The notes beneath the pieces were generated by a model, which saw only the letters and a list, made by a program, of their open reading frames with translations, did not search any database and was not told the origin of the DNA. Positions 1 through 11,680 of a stretch of DNA of 64,000 nt are shown here, one piece after another. Every line of letters starts with the position of its first letter. Within the stretch, counting starts at the first letter, position 1. The stretch is from Octopus sinensis (taxonomy: Eukaryota): positions 50,964,001-51,028,000 of the forward strand of contig NC_043013.1 in NCBI RefSeq assembly GCF_006345805.1, written 5' to 3'. The translations under genes were made by a program, and so were the position numbers.

Positions 1-19
1 CCGGACAGGTGCTCTCTGA

Positions 20-50
20 GTTCGGGAATATTAACCCAATTCCCTTTCGA
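20..50 (-). other. Short 28S rRNA-like fragment (not an rRNA gene)
   Basis: Minus strand TCGAAAGGGAATTGGGTTAATATTCCCGAAC resembles the conserved LSU segment CGAAAGGGAATCGGGTTAATATTCCCGAAC (recalled, not searched). Only 31 nt, at the window edge. Confidence 0.45.
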
Positions 51-407
51 TGCAAGGCCGCTGTATATAATGGGTGTTGTAGACTCGGGGGCCAGACAAG
101 CATAAGTCAGCTAGACCCAATAATTATTATTGATTATAAAATATTGCAAACAAATGAAAATACCACAGTCTCTTAGCACAAACTTATGAAGAATTGCTTC
201 TGTTATGATGGCAGTTATGCAGAGAGATCATGTCATCTCGTTACACCACCTTAATGAGCATACATTACCCATACCTGATATATGTCTACCATTATTTAAT
301 GGTTGTGTTACCTTTATGAAACATTTTAAGAATTATCTAAATGGAAAAATTCTAGAAAGATGAAAGGAATGGTGAACTTTCATCTGCTTGTCAGTTAGTT
401 GAAAGGG

Positions 408-830
408 TGACATCATCATCACCATTGTTCGACCGTGGTCGAGACAATGGAATTTACCATGCTACGCCAGACTTCACGGTCCATCATGGCATTACGGAGG
501 CCCTGTTGCTGGATGCCTGTATCCCGGGAGATTACATCAGGGTAGGAGAGTGTGCGCCCTCTGGTATCGCGAGTAGATGGCTTCCAGAGGAGAAGAGTAG
601 AAATTACCTCTTTTTCAGCTCTACAACAATGTCCAGCAAACTGGACTCTCCTACCTTTCACAAGAGATGACACAGGTGGTAGTTTCCCATATATTTGTAC
701 TTTGGTTGGATGACGCTTCCACGAGAGATTTTGAGCTCTCATAAGGAGGCGAGTGTAGGTTCCATCCAACCGCCTCTCAAGCTTCTTTGATAACTAGAAA
801 GGGTATGGCCTGGTCAGCCTGTAATGACAT
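408..830 (-). mobile_element. RTE-like non-LTR retrotransposon, 5'-truncated 3' end
   Basis: ORF 419-769 reads DGTYTRLLMRAQNLSW...RRVQFAGHCCR...RGR...DREVWR, typical of RTE C-termini, and ends in a (TGA)n tail. Confidence 0.75.
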
Positions 831-1159
831 GCATAAGATCTGGTCATCAAATCTAAGAAAGGGTGACAAGGAAACCATTGAGGAACTGCACCAATTTGGT
901 GGCTGATTCTTGAGACACAAAACATGACAACCAGAAACACAAGTTCTTACATCCTGCACAGTAATTCTCTGGAACCAAAATATAAACAGCTCTTCAACTG
1001 ATCTGAGAGAAGATAAAGTTGAAAACATGACACTTGTATATAACTTAGTTTATTTATGATAAATTAATGGTTTCATACTTTATTCCAGTATACTGTTACA
1101 GCATTATATTTGCATGTTATTTACATTATTTACATTTGATGGATATTTGACCTCATCTT

Positions 1160-1375
1160 AGAGTGGTTGTATACTGTCAAATTAATGTGACAGTAAGGGA
1201 ATTAAACCACCGCTGTTTAGCCCTAGGAAGCATATATATAAATATATAAATATAAGTATATAAGGACGCAGGAAATGTATCAAGGCCAACAGGAGGCGTC
1301 GATGCTTCCTAGGGCTAAACAGCGGTGGTGTAATTCCCTTACTGTCACATTAAGTTTAGAGTATACAACCACTCT
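1160..1375. repeat. Foldback: 74-bp inverted arms with 68-bp spacer
   Basis: 1160-1233 is the reverse complement of 1302-1375 with only a few mismatches. The wider insert is bracketed by the direct repeat TGACCTCATCTT (1148-1159 and 1429-1440). Confidence 0.9.
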
Positions 1376-1450
1376 ATTGACCCACCACCGTACATATCTC
1401 TATGAGATATTTAGAAATTTAATATTTCTGACCTCATCTTGTTTGTTGTT

Positions 1451-1493
1451 AACACATTTCGGCTGATATACCCCCCAGCCTTCATCAGGTGTC
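1451..1493 (-). ncRNA. Degenerate minimal type-I hammerhead ribozyme motif (Penelope-like)
   Basis: Minus: GACAC-CUGAUGA-A-GGCUG(gggggtatat)CAGCC-GAAA-U-GUGUU. Stems I and II pair; stem III and the cleavage triplet appear deleted. Confidence 0.6.
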
Positions 1494-1639
1494 TTGGGGA
1501 AATTTCGAACCTCAGTCCTCATTCCTAAGGGAGTGACCATACCAACGCAAACGTCTCTCTTGCATGCCACATCCGATGCTTCGAGATCAGAGTTGTTCGA
1601 AAACCGACGTACTACTATACATGCGTATTAATTTATCTT

Positions 1640-1647
1640 TAAATGTG

Positions 1648-1706
<59 letters not shown>

Positions 1707-1891
1707 GTATATCCATACAGACTTGACAGCATTAATACACATACAAACACTGTATCTGTTTCTGTATGTGTGTATGCATGTTTGTACTTCGATATATACA
1801 CAGTCATAGATAAGGGGATGTATCCTATATATTTATGTGTTCATGTACTTTGATATACACAGCCATATATATATTTATTTATACATACATG

Positions 1892-1932
<41 letters not shown>

Positions 1933-2300
1933 ATATATGTATATACATATATATATGTATGTTATATATATATATGTATGTATATATATATATATGTATG
2001 TATATATATATGTATGTATATATATATGTATGTATATATATGTATATATATATATTTATATATATGTATGTATATATATATGTATGTATATATATGTATA
2101 TATATATATATTTATATATATATATTTATATATATATGTATATATATGTATATAATACATATATACATGTGTGTGTATATATGTTTCATTGTAAATACAT
2201 ATGCATTTACAGACACACACACAATCATACACACATACATGCCCATGTTCACATACGCACACACACACACACACAGATAAGATAAATAGATGTGTGTGTG
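1640..2300. repeat. (TA)n/(TATG)n/(CA)n compound microsatellite
   Basis: Directly visible; produces the YIYI-type ORFs. Confidence 0.95.
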
Positions 2301-2537
2301 TTTGAAAGTAGATGTGTGCATGTGAGAGTGTGTGTGAAGCAGGGGTCAGATAGTAGAGACAAACAAAAGAGAGCAACAGTATCCATTAAGAGTTCCAAGA
2401 GTAAAAAAGTCTTTGAACCACCAAAATGGTGCCAATTTGTTTACAGAAACCTAAAAGTCTGCCTTGCAGCAATTCATTGTATGAAGTCACAGGATACACC
2501 CGATGTCTGCTCCCTCAGCTAAACACGTATGTGTGTG

Positions 2538-2576
<39 letters not shown>

Positions 2577-2730
2577 TTATATGGGGGTTGCTGAAAAGTT
2601 CCTGGCTTTAAGGGTATCGCAAAAGGCCTGGTTGGAGGCCCAGCCTTCTGAATTTGTTTACAGGGCTTAGAAAAACTGAAGGACTGCTGCAATAAGTGTG
2701 TGAATCTGAGTGGGGAATAGGTTGAATAAA

Positions 2731-2791
<61 letters not shown>

Positions 2792-3487
2792 TTATATATA
2801 TGTATATGTGTGTATTGTATTTGCAATAATGTCGTTCTGGGTTCAGTCCCACTACTTGACACCTTGGGCAAATGTCTTTTACTATACCTTGGGGCTGATC
2901 AAAGACTTGTGAGTGGATTTGGAATAGGGAAACTGAAAGAAGCCCATTGTGTGTGTATATATATATATATATATGTACTCATGAGTAAAACAGAGAGACA
3001 GAGACAAGCAGAAAAAAGGAAAATGTCCCTTGCATTTGAAATCTCTGGAAATATTTTTAAAAAACATTTCATTTAATTTTTTCACAATTTAAATGTTTTT
3101 CATGCTTTACTCCAAGTTGAAAAAGTTTAAAAGTCAGAAACTGGTACTAAAATGTTCTTCATGATAAAATTAGTTTAGCATTTTCTACCTTGTCATATTT
3201 TCCTTATGCATATCAACTTATGGGTTACTTTTCAACCTTCTATACATATACACACACACCACACACACACATGCACACACATATATATGACAAGATTTCT
3301 TCAGTTTCCATCTACCAAATCCACATGCAAAACTTGCATTGGCTCGGGGTCATAGTAGAAGACACTACCCCAAGCTGCCATGCATTGGAATTGAACCCAG
3401 AACCATGTGGTTGGGAAGCAAACTTCTTACTACACAGCCATGGATATCAATAATTACAAATATATAATATATAACATATATATCTAT

Positions 3488-3552
<65 letters not shown>

Positions 3553-4403
3553 GAGTGTGTTTGTTATTGATGATACTGTATATATTTCTAGACATAAACA
3601 TGTGGGCTAATAGACAGATATACATACATACATACATATATACATACATACATATACACACATATATACACATGGGCTCTGTATGTGTTATGTGATGCGA
3701 ACAGTGTCAATAATAGTGAATCTATAGGGATATTTTGTTATTTTGGTATTGCTATTGATAAGCGCACACATGCTATCACACACACACAGACACAGACACA
3801 CACACACACGCAAACAAACAAACAAACAGACATTGTTTCAATACTCCTCAAACGTCTGCATTTACTGGCTGCCGTCCTCTTTGTCAGTTCGTGTTTCACT
3901 GTACCCTATCATACCCCGATACCCTCTCTCCCCTGTGCAGTCATCTGTGTTGCTATCAAAAGGATGTTGTATTAAATTAGAATGAAATGAGGGTGGATGG
4001 GCAGAGAAGGAGGTACTTCATACTGTCCTTGGCTGTTTGTTCTGGAATTGTTGAACAAAATACGAGAATTGGTCTCAGATCTTTCTGGAAATTAAAATAG
4101 GAATTGACGATTTTTATTGATGCGAGCATGGCTGTGTGTGCACGTGCATGCGTTCGTGCACACGTGTGTGTTGAAGATACTTGCTCCCCATGTAGGGTTA
4201 TGAGTTCGGTCTCAGTGTATGGCAATTTTGGCAAATGTCTTCTACTATAACTCTGAGTTAAATGAAGTTTTGGGAGAGGGTTTCTTAGGCAGAAACTGTG
4301 TGGAAGCCTATCATATATTTATACATACATACATACATACATATCCATATATCTATCTATCTAGCTATATATATATATATATGCATGTGTATGTAGATGA
4401 AGA

Positions 4404-4476
<73 letters not shown>

Positions 4477-4481
<5 letters not shown>

Positions 4482-4666
4482 AGGAGTGGCTGTGTGGTAA
4501 GTAGCTTGCTTACAAACCACATGGTTCTGGGTTCAGTCCCACTGTGTGGCACCTTGGGCCAACCAAAGCCTTGTCAGTGGATTTGGTAGAAGGAAACTGA
4601 AACAAGCCCGTCGTATATATGTGTGTGTATATATATATATATACATATATATATACATATATATAT

Positions 4667-4708
<42 letters not shown>

Positions 4709-4932
4709 GTGTGTATATGTTTGTGTGTCTGTGTTTGTCCCCCCAACATCGCTCAACAACCGATGCTGGTGTGTTTACGTCCCTGTAACTTAGCGGTGCG
4801 GCAAAAGAGACCGAGAGAATAAATACTAGGCTTACAAAGAACAAGTCCTGGGATCGATTTGCTCGATCGACTAAAGGCGGTGCTCCAGCATGGCCACAGT
4901 CAAATGACTGAAACAAGTAAAAGAGTAAAGAG
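4477..4932 (+). mobile_element. tRNA-derived SINE family A, full-length copy with internal (TA/TG)n
   Basis: Head GGAGTGGCTGTGTGGTAAG...GGTTCAGTCCC (A/B-box-like), CORE-like caccttgggcaagt region, tail (AAGAGTA)n. Many similar copies in the window. Probably one of the octopus OK/OR SINE families; exact family not assigned. Confidence 0.85.
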
Positions 4933-5078
4933 TATATGTATGTATGTATGTAATGTGTGTGTGTGTTTGTGTATTGTTGTTTTGACAATCTGTCATTGTT
5001 ATGAATATTATTCTCAATATTCTGTGAAAACTTGTCTGGTCATGGAAGAAAGATTATGTTATTGTGTGCACGTGCATG

Positions 5079-5490
5079 TCATCATCATCATCATCGTCGT
5101 CGTTTAACGTCCGCTTTCCATGCTAGCATGGGTTGGACGATTTTGACTGAGGGCTGGCGAACCAAGATGGCTGCACCAGGCTTCAATCTTGATCTGGCAG
5201 AGTTTCTACAGTTGGATGCCCTTCCTAACGCCAACCACTCCAAGAGTGTAGTGGGTGCTTTTACGTGCTGCCGGCACGGGGCCAGTCAGGCGGTACTGGC
5301 AACGTCCTCGCTCGAATCTTTTACACATGCCACCGGCACAGGTGCCAGTAAGGCGACACTGGTAACAATCACGCTCGAATGGTGTCTTTTGCGTGCCACC
5401 GGCACGGAGGCCAGGTAGCCGCTCCGGCAATGATCACGCTCAGATGGTGCCTTTTAAGTGCCACTGGCATGGAAGCCGGTTGTCCGTATG
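5079..5490 (-). mobile_element. RTE-associated 3' tail element with internal ~50-60-bp tandem repeats and (ATG)n tail
   Basis: Shared motifs GGTTGGCGTTAGGAAGGGCATCC and palindrome CCATGCTAGCATGG. Other copies near 5900-6070, 9890-10040, 17855-18015, 18820-19430, 19850-20045, 20722-20990, 23260-23727 and 32970-33008. Confidence 0.75.
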
Positions 5491-5498
5491 TATATTGT

Positions 5499-5545
<47 letters not shown>

Positions 5546-6214
5546 TATCTTCACATCACATGATGATTGCAAAAGCATCTCTATTATACAAGCATTGTCG
5601 TTTGTTTCAATTCTTTTGTGTAAAACATGTCTGGTTATGGGGAAATGTTCCCCTATAGCCATGGAAGGGTGGGCAACAGTGAAGGCATCTGGCCTGAGAA
5701 AATTTGCCTCAATGCATTTTCTCTGAACCATGCAAGCTTCGCAAATGAATGTTAAATCAGTCATGATGTACCGAATTGAGATCTTTATGGTTCAGAGTGA
5801 TTTGGGGTTCAACCAGAAGTATTAATTCACTGCCAAGGGCACGTATTTTCATTTCTTTGTCTTGCAAATTACTTGGTGAATTTAGTTGTTCTGCTACCAT
5901 GAAAGAGCACCCGATACATTCTGTAAAGTCTTAGGCATTAGGAAGAGCATCTGGCCCCAGAAACCATGCCAAAGCAGACATTGGAGTTTGATGCAGTCCT
6001 GACACTCTTGAGATCCTATCAGACCTTCCAACCCATGCCAGCACAAGAAGCAGATATTCAATGATTATAATGGTGATAATTATATATATATAGTGGCTGT
6101 GTGGTAAGTAGCTTGCTTACCAACCACATGGTTCAGGGTTCAGTCCCACTGTGTGGCACCTTGGGCAAGTGTCTTCTACTATAGCCTTGGGCTGACCATG
6201 TGACATACCAGTTA

Positions 6215-7020
6215 AAACAATCTTTTGCATTTATTTTGATTTGGCTCAGGTTTGGTCTTATTCCTTGTAGGGTTTATGTGGATGGCGTGTTACTACCGGT
6301 AACCTTAGGTATCCACAAGTTTTCAGCAGTCTTTCAAGTGCTTAGGATCCTCCTGATAATCCTTGCTGTCCCTAAGAGGCAAACTTTCTCTAGGAGCTCT
6401 ACCGGGTATCTTGTTTCAATCTCCTTCAGCCATTTGTCTACATCTTGGCTTACTGTTCCCAGTGAACCAATTACTATAGCAACGACCTTTACTGTTCGCA
6501 TGTTCCAAATTTTTCCTATTTCAAATTTTAAGGGATCGTATTTTTTTTTTGTTTTTCTTCCTCTTTCTTTATGATCCTGGAATCAAACAGGCATGAAGGG
6601 TCAATAAATAAACAACTTTGCTTTTCCCTATCCACAATCATTATGTCTGGTCTCTTGTTTTCTAACTTCTTGTCTGTTTGAATAGCAAAGTCCCACAAAA
6701 TCTTACATTTCTCTGACTCCAGCACTCTTTCGACTCGATGATTCTACCATGTGTTTCCAGCTTCAAATCCCCATTTCTGGCACAGTTTCCTGTGTAAAAC
6801 TTTTACAACCTGGTCATGCCTCCATTTCTTATATTCTTCCTGTACCAACTTGGAGCAATCTGCCACAATGTGTGTGCCACTGTCCCACTCCAAGTTCCAC
6901 AGGCTCTACATTTTTCTGGCACATTCTCTCCACATATATTTTACTCAAGTTGTTTGTTTTTATTGCTTGATCTTGGGCTGCTACAATTAGGCTCTCTGTT
7001 TCTTTTTTTAATTGCCCCAC
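6215..7020 (-). mobile_element. R4/Dong-type (restriction-like endonuclease) non-LTR retrotransposon, decayed fragment
   Basis: Minus frames give [21 protein letters not shown] and KILWDFAIQTDKKLENKRPDIMIVD...FIDPSC (RLE PD...D motif), frameshifted. The 5' junction abuts (AAT)n at 7021-7066. Confidence 0.8.
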
Positions 7021-7062
<42 letters not shown>

Positions 7063-7094
7063 AATTATGTTTCGTTTTTTGCATATTTTTTCAG

Positions 7095-7290
7095 GTTTTG
7101 AAACAGCACGTTCTCTGGCTTTACATGGTGCCTTTGTAATATTAGCTTGCCGCAACGTGGAGTCTGCTAATGAAGCATGTCAGAAGATTCTTGATGAGAG
7201 GCCAATAGCCAAAGTCGAAGTAATGCCTTTAGACCTGGCATCTTTGAAAAGTGTTCGATATTTTTCTGAAACCTACAAATGTCGGAAATG
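7095..7290 (+). CDS. WWOX: WW domain-containing oxidoreductase, internal coding exon (start of SDR domain; equivalent to human exons 5+6)
   Basis: Acceptor ttttttcag|GT and donor TG|gtaaat; 196 nt. Translates (G)[64 protein letters not shown](W), closely matching WWOX [21 protein letters not shown]...LDLA. Phase joins the next exon in frame. Confidence 0.93.
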
Positions 7291-7502
7291 GTAAATTTTG
7301 GCATCTTTACACAATTTCCAGTGTCATGTTATGCTTGTTGTTGTTGTTGTTGTCTTAGTTCTTCTTGTTATGGCTGTTGTTGTTTGACCTCTGATCACCT
7401 CTGATACATTTGACCTATGATCAAAGACTTTCTAGCCATGCCCCTCTGGTCTTTAATCTATTTCCAATTAAGAAGCTGATTTTACCACCATTTATTGACT
7501 GA

Positions 7503-7905
7503 CATGCACCGTGGCCATGTGGTAACAAGCTTACTTCCAAACCACATGGTTCTGGGTTCAGTCCCACTGCATGGCACCATCGGCAACTGTCTTCTACTAT
7601 AGCTTCGAGCCGACCAAAGCCTTGTGAGTGGATTTGGTAGACGGAAACTGAAAGAAATCCATTGTATATTGTGTGTGTGTGTGTGTGCGTGTTTTTTGAG
7701 TTAGTCTTCCACCACTGCTTGATAGCTTGTTTTGGTGGGTTTACATCCCAGTAACCTAGCAGTTTGGCAAATAAGACTGATAGAATAAGTACCAGGTTTA
7801 CAAAGAATGAGATCTGAGGTTGATTTCTTAGACTAAAACTCTTTAAGCTGGTGCTCCAGCATGGCTGCAGTCAAATGACTGAAACAAGTAAAAGAATAAA
7901 AGAAT
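7503..7905 (+). mobile_element. SINE family A copy
   Basis: Same head, body and tail as 4477-4932; its 3' part is repeated at about 7920-8035. Confidence 0.8.
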
Positions 7906-8256
7906 ATATATATGTGTGTGTGTGTTTTGTGTTAGTCTCCCACCACTGCTTGACAGCTTGTATTGGTGGGTTTATATCCCTGTAACTTAGCGGTGTGGCA
8001 AAATAAGACCGATAGAATAAGTATCAGACTTTAAAAAAAAAACACACGCAGGTACTGGGGTTGACTTTGCCTTTGATCCTTTCGGAGTTGATAAATTAAG
8101 TACCAGTTGCATACTGGGGTTGATCTAATCGACTGCCCCCCCCTCCCCAAAAATTTCGGGTCTTGTGCCTAGAATAGAAAAGAATTTATAACTTTGTGAT
8201 TTATTTGTTAAAGAAGAAGTGCTAGTAAGTAGCAACAAGGATAAGTGTCCAATTGC

Positions 8257-8540
8257 AGAGCTGTTTCTTTCCTTCTCGAGCCATGCCTGGCTCATAAGGG
8301 TTGGTTTCTCAGTTTCCTTGGTGTATAGGTTCCCCACCTGGACAGGACGTTGGTCCATCGCAGGTGAGCTGCAAGATGCAGGAGGAAAGAGTGAGAGAAA
8401 GTTGTGGCAAAAGAGTCAGCAGAAGTTCGCCATTACCTTCTGCCGGAGCCGTGTGGAGCTTAGGTGTTTTGCTCATAAACACACACATCGCCTGGTTTGT
8501 GATTCAAACCTGTGATCTCTCGACCGTGAGTCCACTGCTC
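8257..8540 (-). mobile_element. tRNA-derived SINE family C-related copy
   Basis: Reverse complement of the head/body at 29353-29530 (aaacacctaagctccac...ctctttc accacaactttctctcactc). Confidence 0.65.
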
Positions 8541-9499
8541 ACGATGATGATGACATGTTCATGCACGTGCACACAATAACATAATCTTTCTTCCATGACC
8601 AGACAAGTTTTCACAGAATATTGAGAATAATATTTATAAAAATGACAGATTGTCAAAACAACAATACACAATCAAACACACACATTAGGCCAAATGCCTC
8701 CACAATTGCAGAGCTGTAGTGAGAGTTGAGGTCTGTATGTGTATGTAGGGTATGTATGTATGTGAATGTATGTGATCAGGGAAGCTGAAGTAACCTATGT
8801 AAGCATGAATGAGAAGTTGTAAGCCGTGATAAGCTAGTTGGTTTGTGCTAGCTGGAACAAGAAAGAATTATTCATGGTATCAATTGCGTTGATGCTAAGT
8901 TGAAGTGAGGAACTAGGAGCCATTCGCAATGTATTGGTCACCCCATGTCCTTCCACTGGCTGAATTGCAAATGGTATGCAACCCTGCTGGGCAGAAGCTG
9001 CTGTTTGTATTAATCTGCAACCAGCTTTGATTGGTTGAATTTGCTGTAGCACCAATGGAAAGAAGTCGAAGGAGGTAGGTCCTAAATGGTTTGAAGCATT
9101 GGTGATCACCTGATGTTGGAATATTTCTTTGGGAAATATTCCTCCACCAAAAAAAATTAATAAAATTATGCTCACGAAACGAACACTGCATAATATTTCA
9201 GACAGACCAAAGCCTTGTGAGCAGATCTTGGTAGACAGAAACTGAAAGAAGCCCATTATATGTATGTATGTGTGTGTGTGTCTTTGAGTTTGTGTTTGTC
9301 CTTCACCACTGCCATCAATCAACAACCGGTGTTGGTGTGTTTATATCCCTGTAACTTAGTGGCTTGGCAAAAGTGACCAATAAAATAAGTACTAGGCTTT
9401 AAAGAAAAATAAGTCCTGGGATCAATTTGTTCTATTAAAACCCTTCAAGGTGGTGCTCCAGCATGGCCACTGAACAAGTAAAAGATAAAAGATATATTG

Positions 9500-9885
9500 T
9501 TTTATTCTTTTACATGTTTCACTCATTGGACTGCGACCATGCTGGAGCACTACCTTTAGTTGAACAAATCGACCCCAGGACTTATTCTTTGTTAGCCTAG
9601 TACTTATTCCATTGATCTCTTTGCTGAACCGCTAAGTTATGGAGACATAAACACACCAACATCGGTTGTTAAGCAACGGTGGGGGGACAAACACAAACAC
9701 ACAAATACACACACATACACACACACTCACACTCACACATACACACATAATGGACTTCTTTCAGTTTCTGTCTTCCAAAATCTGCCCACAAGACTTTGGT
9801 CTGTCCGAGAGATCATGCAGTGGGATTGAACCTGGAACCATGTAGTTGGGCAGCAAACGTCTTACCACACAGCCACGTCTGCGCC
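9500..9885 (-). mobile_element. SINE family A copy, inverted, tail-to-tail with a + copy at about 9200-9492
   Basis: Reverse complement of the family A sequence; another minus copy at about 10050-10292. Confidence 0.8.
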
Positions 9886-10390
9886 TAAGCATCATCATTC
9901 CACATCTGGTTTTGATGATGGCCTGGGGTGGGCAATAAAGCCAAGCTCTATTGACTGACTTGATATGGTGTCTGTGGTTGGCTGCCCTTCCTAATGCCAA
10001 CCACTTTGCAGAGTGGACAGAGTGCTTTTTACGTGTGGCCAGCAGTCACCAACATTGGTTGTCAAGCAATGGTGGGGAGGAGGACAAACACACAAATACA
10101 CACACACACACACACATACACATACACGTCTATGATAGACTTCTTTCAGTTTCTCTGTACCAAATCCACTCACAAGGCTTTGGTCAGCCTGAGGCTATAT
10201 TAGAAGACACTTGCCCATGGTGCCATGAAGTGGGACTGAACCCAGAACCATGTAATTGGGAAGCAAGTTACCACACAGCCATGCCTGCACCTATGTATAA
10301 AACACATCTGCCACTGTTATATATGCATGTATATATAGCTGCACAGGTGCATGAAGAAAACGATTTTTTCCTCTTTGCTTTCTTTCATAG

Positions 10391-10576
10391 GCCCCTACAC
10401 ATTTTGATCCTCAATGCTGGTGTGTTCGGACTACCACATGTTCTTACCGAAGATAACATCGAAACCGTGTTCCAAGTAAACCACTTAGCTCACTTCTACC
10501 TGACGATGTTGTTGAAAGATGTTCTGATTAGTTCGAAACCTGCCAGAGTTGTCGTAGTGTCTTCTGAGTCACACAG
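10391..10576 (+). CDS. WWOX: WWOX internal coding exon (equivalent to human exon 7)
   Basis: tctttcatag|G ... CACAG|gtaagt; 186 nt, phase 2-2. [62 protein letters not shown] carries the SDR NAG motif and the WWOX-type QVNHL and VVSSESHR motifs. Confidence 0.95.
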
Positions 10577-11394
10577 GTAAGTCACCTCCATCTTGAAACA
10601 AATGAAATAAATAAATAAATAAATATCTGCATAAATAAACCGAACAAACTCGGTTTCCTTCCGGGTATGTTTAATTAGACATAAAGTCTTCAACAAGTAA
10701 TGTTAAGTAATTAGCCTTGAGTCTCTAAACTTAACGAAGGCCTCAGTCTCGTAATAGGCACTTAACTGTGAACTTGCTTGAAAAGCATCACCTTATCTAA
10801 TTGAGAAACTCGTTATCATGATTAAAGACAGAGTAGCTCTCAGATTGATAATGCAAAGCCGGGGAGTTTCTGATATGACAAAACAGCTTTGAAATACCTG
10901 AAGGGCATTTTTTAAATTTATTTATTTTATTTTTTGAAATTTTATTTATTCATTTATTTTTTCTTTTACTGCACTCAGCCTTTTGCTTAAATCTATTTAT
11001 TGTGCAGCACATTATTATTACTTTTGGTGATTCCAGGGTGACTAGGTAGATAAATCTTGGTACATTTTAACTGGAGATCGTGAGTTCAATCCCATCCATT
11101 GCCAGTGTTCTTTGGCATTTTTAACCAAGATTATAGATGCGATCATGGCTGTGTGGTTAAGAAGCTTACTTTGTAACCATGTCGTGTTTGGGTTCAATCC
11201 TACTCTGCAGGACCTTGGGCGAGTGTCTTCTATTATAGCCCCTGGGGCCAACTAATGCCTTCTGAATGAAACTGTTTGGTTAAAGAATTAGGGAAAAATA
11301 ATGCAAAGCATTTCTCCTGGTGCTCTAATGATGATGATAATAATAATAATGATAATAATAATAATAATTATAATAATAATAATAATTCTTTCTG

Positions 11395-11580
11395 CTGGAG
11401 GGGGGGGGGCTAGTCAATTACATTGAACCCAGTGTATAACTGGTACTTATTTCATTGACTCTGAAAGGATGAAAGGTAAAGTCAACCTCGGCAGAATTTG
11501 AACTCAGAATGTAGCGATGGGTGAAATACTGCTAAGCATTTCATCCAGTGTGCTAATGATTCTGCCAGCTCACTACCTTA
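11395..11580 (-). mobile_element. tRNA-derived SINE family B copy
   Basis: Contains the reverse complement of GAGTTCAAATTCCGCCGAGGTCGACTTTGCCTTTCATCCTTTCGGGGTCGATAAATTAAGTACCAG (B-box plus a Meta/Nin/Deu-like central domain). Flanked by (AAT)n; more copies at 12270-12660 and 14185-14520. Confidence 0.8.
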
Positions 11581-11584
11581 GCTA

Positions 11585-11633
<49 letters not shown>

Positions 11634-11638
11634 TAATG

Positions 11639-11679
<41 letters not shown>

Positions 11680-11680
<1 letters not shown>

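Noticed and set aside
1-7094. Upstream WWOX exons (WW domains, TGANSGIG)
   Set aside because: No matching translation found by eye; presumably outside the window.
9951-10390. N-terminal part of the 209-aa ORF 9951-10580
   Set aside because: Intronic SINE and retroposon sequence in frame by chance; only 10391-10576 is exon.
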